NCBI GenBank assembly: GCA_963765765.1
Contig: CAVXYC010000015.1
Location: forward strand, 352,001-416,000
Reading direction: 5' to 3'
DNA length: 64,000 nt
Source of the DNA: an uncultured Chloroflexia bacterium
Lineage (GTDB): Bacteria > Chloroflexota > UBA6077 > JACCZL01
Both the position numbers and the translations under genes were made by a program. Shown piece by piece: positions 35,561 to 43,152 of the stretch (positions are counted from its first letter, which is position 1; each line of letters begins with the position of its first letter). The notes under the pieces are model-generated. The model searched no databases and was not told where the DNA came from. It saw nothing but the letters and a program-made list of their open reading frames with translations.

Positions 35561-36402
35561 ATGCCACAGAGCGTTCATTCTGGACAGGTCACGCCTGTCC
35601 TCTCAACGGGCGCACAAGTCGAGACCTCCAGATCATTAGAGGTCGACCGAGGAGGCGTCTACAGCATTGCCAGTCAAAAAGGTGGAACCGGAAAAGCTCC
35701 ACCAGTATATCGCTGGCCGCCGGCCTAGCCCGGCGTGGCGATCGAGTTCTGCTGGTGGATATTGACAGCCAGGCTAACTCAAGTAAGGTCCTCGTTCAGG
35801 ATTACCAGCAGCTAACGAAGGACGATACGATTTACGTTACGATTCTGGAGCGTAAATCTCTGCCTATACACTCAACAAATGTCGAAAATTTGGACATTGT
35901 TCCCAGTCATATACTTTTGTCACAAACGGACATTGCGCTGACCGCGGCCATCGATCATAGAGAGTCCAGGTTACGCAATGCGTTGGAGCAAGTTAAGTCG
36001 GATTATCAATACATAATTATCGACTGCCCTCCGGCCTTATCGTGGCTGACTATTAATGCATTCACGGCTAGCGACTTCGTGATAGCCGTCATTAGTCCTG
36101 GATATTTTGAACTGGAGTCAACGCTTCAGATAGTAAAGACGATAGACGACGTGCGGGAATTTTTTAACTCAGCACTTGAGTTGAGGGGTTTTCTCTTCAC
36201 CATGAGTGACACAACGATCAACAGCAGGAACTCGCTCGAGCTACTTCAGCGAACTTACCCGGAGCATGTTCTGAAGGCTGTTATTCCCCGAAACGTTGAT
36301 CTGAAGGATGCAAGTATGGCTAAGCAAGATATCTTTGCTTACGATCCCAACTCGAAGGCGGCGCTGGCCTATGCCGACCTCATGCAAGAGGTGTTCTCGT
36401 GA
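35561..36402 (+). CDS. parA: ParA/Soj-family ATPase (one A missing in a homopolymer near 35695)
   Basis: Restored deviant Walker A SQKGGTGKSSTSISLAAGLA, VLLVDIDSQAN, IIIDCPP, IPRN; visibly AT-richer than the flanks. Confidence 0.9.
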
Positions 36403-37409
36403 GTAGAAGGAAAAAGATGGACGTGGACGCGCTCGCTGACGAGATGAGTGCCGTCGCGAGCTTCGCAAGGAGCACTCTAACGGCCCCAGACACGAGCGCC
36501 GCGGGATTGAAATGGGGAGCGGGGGCGACCTCTTCCTGCCCGACCCAGGCTCGGGAACGTCGTACGGTCCTTGACGGCAAGTACGAGCTGGCTGTTGGAT
36601 GGGCAAGCGAGCCGGTAATCCAGGGCCAGCAGAATGCGGCATGTATTCACGTGCAGCGGGCCGAAAGCGGCTTATCCGAACCCGTGGATGGGGTCGAGGA
36701 GTCATTGCGGGTCCGTCTATGCCAGGGAGGCGAGTCGCGGGAGTTCCCTATCCACCGGGTCCCGGAAAAGCAGGGCGAGTACGCTGCGCGCTTCGTACCC
36801 GCACGGGCCGGCGAGTACCGGTTTGTTTTCGTAGGCAGTATCGAAGGACACCCGGTTGACGAGACTTTCGACGGAACCGACGGCCAGTTCGGTAGCGTGG
36901 AGCCGGCCCTCAATATGCAGTTCCCCTCTGACATCGTCGAGTTGACCCAGGCTGACGCGCCCGTACATCAGGACCAGCCGTCTCTGCAGTCAACTCGCTT
37001 GCTCGCCGCGGCCGGGCTCAGCGCCGGGTTTCTAGGAATACTTGGAGCGATCGCCAATTGGCGCGCGCACAGTGGTCGAGCATCCCAGAACGAAACCGCG
37101 ATGAGAACAACACCGAGTGACAATTGGGGGCCACAGGCTCCCGTGACGACGGTCGGTGACGGTGCTACGGCTGAGACGATCGACCAGGACTTCGGGCCGG
37201 CTCTCCAGGAGCAGATCGATCTGGCCTTACGGCCTCTCGTGGCGGAGTTTCGGCAAGAGATTGCCCGGTCAGTACGAGAACAAACGGAACAGGCCTTTAT
37301 CCTGTCGCAGGGAGGTGGTGCTCCAAAGGACCCGTTAGGGCGCACCCTGTCTGTCATCGCGAACCCTGGGTATCCGGCGATCGATCGTTCACCAAGCTAC
37401 GCTCAATAG
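36399..37409 (+). CDS. ParA-coupled multidomain protein: basic N-terminal peptide, beta-rich domain, one TM helix, shared helical motif
   Basis: GTGA overlap with the parA stop; MSRRKKMDVDALADEMS; YELAVGW..EP...GEY.ARFVP..AGEYRF; LLAAAGLSAGFLGILGAIANW; DFGPALQEQIDLALRPLVAEFRQEI. Confidence 0.7.
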   Translation: MSRRKKMDVDALADEMSAVASFARSTLTAPDTSAAGLKWGAGATSSCPTQARERRTVLDGKYELAVGWASEPVIQGQQNAACIHVQRAESGLSEPVDGVEESLRVRLCQGGESREFPIHRVPEKQGEYAARFVPARAGEYRFVFVGSIEGHPVDETFDGTDGQFGSVEPALNMQFPSDIVELTQADAPVHQDQPSLQSTRLLAAAGLSAGFLGILGAIANWRAHSGRASQNETAMRTTPSDNWGPQAPVTTVGDGATAETIDQDFGPALQEQIDLALRPLVAEFRQEIARSVREQTEQAFILSQGGGAPKDPLGRTLSVIANPGYPAIDRSPSYAQ

Positions 37410-37546
37410 GCGCGCCATACTGAGAGTCTCCGCGGCATCGCCGCACTTTTCGGACGTCAACTACGACCGCGGATCCGGCGGGTGTGGAAGTCTGTGCTCG
37501 GACGGCAAATTGGTGTCCGGGCGCACGGGTAGCACAGCCATAGTGA

Positions 37547-37888
37547 ATGTGGACGGGCGTAAACCGAGGGGCGTATCGTAAGAGTATGGAAGCACCTGAA
37601 CATGGGCTACTCAGGGCCGTTGCGAAGTTCCTCAGTGACTACTGCGGCGAGGACGCCCTTCACCGGTGGCAGGAGAAGCTCTCCGATGCTGAGCGGGAGC
37701 AACTTGCTCGGATGCCGGATCCGATCAGGGGGACGTGGGACTATGTCGTCGCAGCAATGAGAGACGTAGTACGGACACTCACCACACTCCTGGTTCACCT
37801 CCAGCGAGTGATCTCGCAAGCGTTGGCGTCCGCATGGGCCAGCATTATTGGCCCTGATGCCAGGTTGTTTGGCGGTGAAGCGTTCTAA
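37547..37888 (+). CDS. Hypothetical helical protein
   Basis: Amphipathic C-terminal helix (VVAAMRDVVRTLTTLLVHLQRVISQAL) resembling those of the 28082 and 42729 proteins. Confidence 0.45.
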   Translation: MWTGVNRGAYRKSMEAPEHGLLRAVAKFLSDYCGEDALHRWQEKLSDAEREQLARMPDPIRGTWDYVVAAMRDVVRTLTTLLVHLQRVISQALASAWASIIGPDARLFGGEAF

Positions 37889-38199
37889 GTGGCGGCTGGG
37901 CTGCGTGGCGACGTTGAGGGACACGGTAGCCGCGAAAGACTTCCTCTCGCCGCCTGCGGATTCGGTCGCAACTAGCACTGACGTTTAAACTGCCTAAGCT
38001 CGCCCGGACTGGCGACATCAATCGCTTGGTGCCGCGCTCAAAACCCCCCGCGCTTGAGTATGGTTCCACGAGAGCAGCACCGGGATCCTGGTGACGAATA
38101 ACTGCATCCGGGTGAGAAGCAACGGCGTATAGTTGGGCCGCCAGAGCAGACCCTGCTCTGGCGGCCCAACCGAACCGCTAATACCCTACACGGCCTGGA

Positions 38200-39819
38200 T
38201 CAGACCGCGCCGGGCGGAGGCGAGCTCGGTGGGGGAGGCGGTGAAGGCGGGCGCGGCGCCGCGCGGCGAGCCTCAATCTCCAGAGCCCAGCGCTCCAGTT
38301 GCCGCCCTGCAATTTCGCGTCCACCGAACCCGAAGGCGATTGCCGTTGCCACGGCGATCGCACCGAGCATCAGGCCAAATGCGAGGTTGACGATCTCGTT
38401 AGCCAGGCCCATCTGCCGTAGGGCCATCGCCCCGGCGAGCACAAGGATTGCTGACTTGGCCGCCAGTGCGAGCAGCTCCGCGTTCGTAGTCCCGCTGGAG
38501 CGGATCAGGTCGGCGGCGACGTTCGCCAGATAGAGTCCGACAGCGAAGATGATCAGCCCGAGCACAATCTGGCCACCGAGCTGAATGATGCCGGCGAGCA
38601 AATCTGCCAAAACCAGGAACCCCAGCAGGCGCAGCGCTTCAACGGTAGCGAACAGCATAACCGCCAAGAGCACGAGCGTACCCACGAGCTCTGAGGGCCT
38701 GCGCCTCCCCACTGTAGGTGTGCCGCTGGTCATGCCCAGGCGCACGGGCAGAAAGTCGAAACCGACGCCTGCCAGGAGGCTTGCAACAAGGCCGGAAACA
38801 AGTCTGGCGACTACGTAAGAAATCAGCAGCAGGACTGCCGCGGCGAATATATTCGGGACTGCGGCGAGGAACGTGTTGAGCATGTTCGTCGCCGGGCGGC
38901 TGATCGCCTCGATGGCGAGCGCATTCAGGGCCGAGATGATGACCGGCACGAGGATGAAGATGAACAGCACCAGTCCGATGAGCCCGGAAAGTGTCTGGCC
39001 GCCCATCACCCGGGTGAGCCCGACCTGATCGCCGAGGCGGTCGACCCCGGCGGCGGCTAGCAGCCCCGTTACGATCCGTCGGACGATTCGTGCGATGAAC
39101 CAGCCGATGAGCAGGATGAGTCCCGCCGCCACGATATTGGGCAAATAAGCGAAGATTCGATTGAGCATCTCCAGCACGGGCGTCAGGATTCCGCCAAGCT
39201 CAAGCGTGCCCAGGATTGCAGGTAGGAACATCAGGAAGACGAGCCAGTACACCACGTCACCCAGCGTGTCTGCGAGCGAGACTCGGCCCCCTGCTTCTGA
39301 CCGCGTAGCAACCGCCGGTTCGGTCTCAGCGGCGGGGTGATTTGAAGGGCGCACCTCTTCCTCGTCGCCGACCATGCCGCCAAGGCGGCGCTCGATCCCC
39401 GACCGGCCCAGGACCGCCGTGACGATGTGCCGGAGAATCGTCGCGAGGATCCACGCCAGCGCGAGCAAGATCGCTGCCGCGATCAACCGCGGCAGGAACG
39501 CCAGCATGATACCGAGCATCTCGTTAAGCGACTGCGACAGGAACGTAAGATTGAGGGTCTGGAGGAAGCCGATCAGTACGAAGAGCATGATCAGCCAGAA
39601 AACAAGGCTTCCGACCATTCGCTCCGCCCCGACCCCTGAGGTTCCCATGGTACGGCCCAGGCGGTTGTCTAGATCGGTGCGGCGTAGAGCGGCTTTTACC
39701 AGGCTCGAAACGACGGCTGCGATAATCCAGCCGACGACCAGCACCAGCAGCGCCGTCAAGATTGTCAGCAGATACGTGCCTATGAGTCGGACGTTGTTCT
39801 CGTCCAGAACTGTCTGCAT
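38200..39819 (-). CDS. TM-helix-repeat (CmpX/MscS-like) membrane protein
   Basis: Repeated (A/Y)FLP(R/N)(I/L)xAA-type units, C-terminal ALRQMGLANEIVNLAFGL...AIAFGFGGRE. Confidence 0.85.
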   Translation of the reverse strand: MQTVLDENNVRLIGTYLLTILTALLVLVVGWIIAAVVSSLVKAALRRTDLDNRLGRTMGTSGVGAERMVGSLVFWLIMLFVLIGFLQTLNLTFLSQSLNEMLGIMLAFLPRLIAAAILLALAWILATILRHIVTAVLGRSGIERRLGGMVGDEEEVRPSNHPAAETEPAVATRSEAGGRVSLADTLGDVVYWLVFLMFLPAILGTLELGGILTPVLEMLNRIFAYLPNIVAAGLILLIGWFIARIVRRIVTGLLAAAGVDRLGDQVGLTRVMGGQTLSGLIGLVLFIFILVPVIISALNALAIEAISRPATNMLNTFLAAVPNIFAAAVLLLISYVVARLVSGLVASLLAGVGFDFLPVRLGMTSGTPTVGRRRPSELVGTLVLLAVMLFATVEALRLLGFLVLADLLAGIIQLGGQIVLGLIIFAVGLYLANVAADLIRSSGTTNAELLALAAKSAILVLAGAMALRQMGLANEIVNLAFGLMLGAIAVATAIAFGFGGREIAGRQLERWALEIEARRAAPRPPSPPPPPSSPPPGAV

Positions 39820-39875
39820 GGCCAGAACCTCCGCAACGCCGCTCTCTTACTTCGAGGCGGCGGTCGAATGCGAAG

Positions 39876-39890
39876 GCATAAAGTGTGCCA
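39876..39890 (-). promoter_or_regulatory. sigma54-type promoter
   Basis: TGGCAC-ACTTT-ATGC, 57 nt upstream of ATG 39819. Confidence 0.6.
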
Positions 39891-40196
39891 ATTCCACTTG
39901 ACAGAACACTACGACGCCGGCCAACCCTGTGATGCGACTAGAAACACGAATGCTGGTTGTAACAGGCGCGTCACTTCGCGAGGGCCGGCGGCGCTTATCA
40001 GATCTTAATCCGCACTATTATTGATGTCGATCCGAACTTTTTCGGTATTTCCCTGAGTCGTTTAGAGGTCCACAAAGCGATTCAGTGCAAGACCCGGGCC
40101 ACCGTGGGGCGACTAAAGCCCGTGAAGATCGGCCGCCTGCCACTCGTCGCCCCTTGACACGCTGACGGCTCAAGGCAGTTTATCGTGGTTCGAACG

Positions 40197-40243
40197 TCTC
40201 GCCAATGCGCGGCCGTACCGAATGATGCCGCGCATTGGCGAGA
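40197..40243. terminator. 17-bp perfect hairpin after the GlsB-like gene
   Basis: TCTCGCCAATGCGCGGC...GCCGCGCATTGGCGAGA. Confidence 0.6.
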
Positions 40244-40261
40244 TAGAACAGCTGAGATTTA

Positions 40262-40525
40262 CTAACGTTCGAATGGCTGTTTACCGGGAAGCGCCCGAAG
40301 GATTAACAGGAATACAAGCGCTCCTAGAAATGCAACACCGATGCTTATCGGATTGAAGCCCGCCGTATCCAGGCCGAAAAACGTACTTGCTAAGAACCCT
40401 CCGAGCAGAGAACCAATGATACCAACAACGATGTTCCCCAAAATGCCGAAGCCTCGGCCGCCCATCATCATACCGGCTAACCAACCGGCGATCAGACCTA
40501 CTACGATCCAAGCAACGAAACCCAT
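40262..40525 (-). CDS. GlsB/YeaQ/YmgE (transglycosylase-associated) stress membrane protein
   Basis: MGFVAWIVVGLIAGWLA...GNIVVGIIGSLLGG...AFLGALVFL. Confidence 0.9.
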   Translation of the reverse strand: MGFVAWIVVGLIAGWLAGMMMGGRGFGILGNIVVGIIGSLLGGFLASTFFGLDTAGFNPISIGVAFLGALVFLLILRALPGKQPFER

Positions 40526-40591
40526 ACTAGTACCTCCCATGCACTGTTTTTCCTGAACCATCGTGGCTCAAGTGTCTCTGTAAATACCTAC

Positions 40592-40606
40592 GCAAATCGC
40601 ATGCCG
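40592..40606 (-). promoter_or_regulatory. sigma54-type promoter
   Basis: CGGCAT-GCGAT-TTGC, 67 nt upstream of ATG 40525. Confidence 0.55.
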
Positions 40607-41133
40607 CAAACTGCATGTCATAATATGAGGAAGGCTTCAGGTCTCCTTTAGTGTCAGTCGTGCTTCGAACTGATGTCCATTGCCAAATGCAAAACGGCGG
40701 CTCGGCAATCCTTCGGCGCACTTATGCTGTTCATACCAGCGGCAGAGCTGTATGCGCAGAGCTGTATATTGGCCTGCTCCATCCCAACCTGCTTGCTGCT
40801 AAGGACGTCATGTGGCGTGCGCCGTGACCCGTGGCCAAGCGCGCGGCCCGATGGTGAGGGCTGCCGCCTTGACCCGAGCCGCTCATTCGTCAAACCGAGC
40901 TTCTCACTGCCGCAGCACTGCTTCGGTTACTTCGTACTCGCCGGGTGAACCAAAAGCTCTTCTGAGACTCGTGCCGTTGCACTGAGCGTTCGACTCGCAA
41001 GTAACGATCTTCGAATCGACGGCTGGGCCTACTGAATCGAGCGCTAAAGCGGGACATTCAGGCTGGAGCTTCGATCCTGATGGTAAACTGATTGCAGAAC
41101 CTTCCATATCCAGGCGAGAGCCGGAGGCGGTAG

Positions 41134-41667
41134 ATGGACGAGTTCGGGCAGGAAATTGCGCGCCGCGCACAGGCCGCGTCAGAAGCGTACCAGCGCCGAC
41201 GCCGCAGGCCCCAGCAGCGCCGCGAAAATGCGCGCGCCGTATTATCAGAGGTACGACGCCGATTCGTATGCGCGGCCTTAGCGGCGGACGGCCGACTTAA
41301 GGTGCATTACCTTGACAGCTCCCGCGAAGACCGGGCGGTGGGATACGCCCTTTCTTGGTCCGAGTGCCGGCCGCACCGGGATTTATGTGTGCGGTTAGAC
41401 GAGGTCCGTGAAGAGCTTCAGTGGGAGCTCGCATCGACTGATCTGAGACTTTCGCAACGGGGTAGCGCGCGTACGCGGGAATTTGCCCCAGAGCTACTCC
41501 TTGATCGGTTGATCTACGCCTTGCTGGACCAAGAAACCTGGCAAAGGTCGATCCTCCCGAAGATCCCGCTGGACAATGCCGGAGCATTCGTGGAAGACCG
41601 AGCCATTGATGGATCGACCGGGATTGTTTCTGCGGAGGTGGCCGCGGCGGTCGATCAGACGCGTTAA
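41134..41667 (+). CDS. Hypothetical protein, paralogue of 22578..23180
   Basis: GGAGG RBS; about 105-aa block clearly alignable with the 22578 protein. Confidence 0.75.
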   Translation: MDEFGQEIARRAQAASEAYQRRRRRPQQRRENARAVLSEVRRRFVCAALAADGRLKVHYLDSSREDRAVGYALSWSECRPHRDLCVRLDEVREELQWELASTDLRLSQRGSARTREFAPELLLDRLIYALLDQETWQRSILPKIPLDNAGAFVEDRAIDGSTGIVSAEVAAAVDQTR

Positions 41668-42021
41668 GTGCAGCACCACCAGCCGCGATTGCGTGCTACA
41701 GCCTTGCCTTGGGCGAAGCCATGGCGCTCGTAAACTGGTTGACTTCTCGAGCCCCGGAATCGTCGCGAGTTAGACTCTTGGGACGCACATACGGGCGGCT
41801 TCCCATGGCCGAAGAGGTACCTAGTGAGGCCGCCCTACCTCTCCTCGAGAAGTGCGACGCAGATGACGTGCGAACGCGGCAACTCGCCGCTCTTTGCCTG
41901 ATTTAGAGGTAACGGGCGATTGGTCGAAACACCACGCCCGCACTGCGTTGTCGCTCGCCCCCGTCTGCGCCTACGCCCTCGCGAAGTGCCGGAGACGAGT
42001 GGAGGCGTGGCACACGAGGAA

Positions 42022-42729
42022 CTACGGTTCTTCCTCCGCCTGTTTACTTTGCTGAGCGGCTATAGCAATCGAGGCGATCACGACGCCCGCGGTGAGAGCG
42101 GCGGCGCTGGCTTTTCGTCCCTTTAGCCGACCCAGGCCCGACAGGGCCTTTCCTTCAGTCTTGCGGATCGGGTCGCCGGTGACCTTGCCCTCCCACTGCA
42201 TGAATGCGCCTGCCATTCGCTCTTTCAGACCTCCCCGCCCGAATGACTTCAGGGCACGTCCTACAGGTCGAGCAGGAGCGGTGAGCGCTCGTTTCAATGT
42301 GCCCAGCGCTCTACGGATTAAATCCAAGATCGCCCGAAGGAACGAGCGTGCTGCATCTACCACCCGCCCGATTGACTCGCGCAGTGCGGAAGCAGATCGT
42401 TCGGCTGCCTGCTGGGCCGGCAACTTCTCGGGTTCCTGCTCGCCCGGCGTATCCGAATCCGCCGGTGCGGCTTTGAGCGACTGTTCCACCTGTTGCCGCA
42501 CCGATTCCACAAGCTGCGACTTCAGCTCTCCAATGATGGGTTGGACAGCCTCCCCAATCTGCTTCTGGAACGCGTCAGCAGTGGTTAATCCAGCGCCCGC
42601 GGATGGTTTTTCCTGATCATCTTTCCGCTCTCGCGGCTTATCCGTTCGCGCCTGAGATTGTTGTTCTTGGGCGGATGGCTCCGCACGCGTCTTCGCCTGT
42701 GTTTTCGATCTCGTCTGTTCAGCGACCAT
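42022..42729 (-). CDS. Shared-motif protein fused to a CsbD-like domain and a C-terminal TM helix
   Basis: FQKQIGEAVQPIIGELKSQLVESVRQQVEQSL; KERMAGAFMQWEGKVTGDPIRKTEGKALSGLGRLK; AAALTAGVVIASIAIAA. Confidence 0.75.
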   Translation of the reverse strand: MVAEQTRSKTQAKTRAEPSAQEQQSQARTDKPRERKDDQEKPSAGAGLTTADAFQKQIGEAVQPIIGELKSQLVESVRQQVEQSLKAAPADSDTPGEQEPEKLPAQQAAERSASALRESIGRVVDAARSFLRAILDLIRRALGTLKRALTAPARPVGRALKSFGRGGLKERMAGAFMQWEGKVTGDPIRKTEGKALSGLGRLKGRKASAAALTAGVVIASIAIAAQQSKQAEEEP

Positions 42730-42837
42730 CACAACTCCTTCTCGCCAGCACTTCCGATGAGTATCTGGACGCGCGATTTCCTGCCCAGGCTGAATGTTTT
42801 CGACTCGCACGGCGGTCCGGCGCTCGATCGGGAATTC

Positions 42838-42852
42838 GCAGGACATGTGCCT
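42838..42852 (-). promoter_or_regulatory. sigma54-type -24/-12 motif
   Basis: AGGCAC-ATGTC-CTGC, about 110 nt upstream of ATG 42729. Confidence 0.5.
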
Positions 42853-43152
42853 AAATATGCGGTTCTGTGCTGACTAAGAGCTACTGTAGCGTCGTGGAAG
42901 GTTATTGCCTAGCGAAAGTATTCCGAACTCCGGCAGGCGGGCCCGCTTGAAGGGTTAGTCGATCATCCAGTCAGGAACCGCAGGCCTATCACCCGTCCGG
43001 TTGGCGTATTGAAACGCCATTTCTACTTAGTTACGACGGGCAAAAGCTTGATCTTCGTACCTGAGCTTGATTTCGGCGTACAGTACACTTGCGATGCACC
43101 GGGTTCTCTCCGTCTCGCCCGTGGCGGACCATGCTCGTGGAGTCAATCGCAC

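Noticed and set aside
24820-35700. Programmed frameshifting or phase variation in gvp-region genes
   Set aside because: The same indel pattern affects ordinary genes throughout the window, so assembly error is the simpler explanation.
21225-43000. Integrative element with attL/attR at tRNA-Glu
   Set aside because: No integrase, and no duplication of the tRNA 3' end found by eye.
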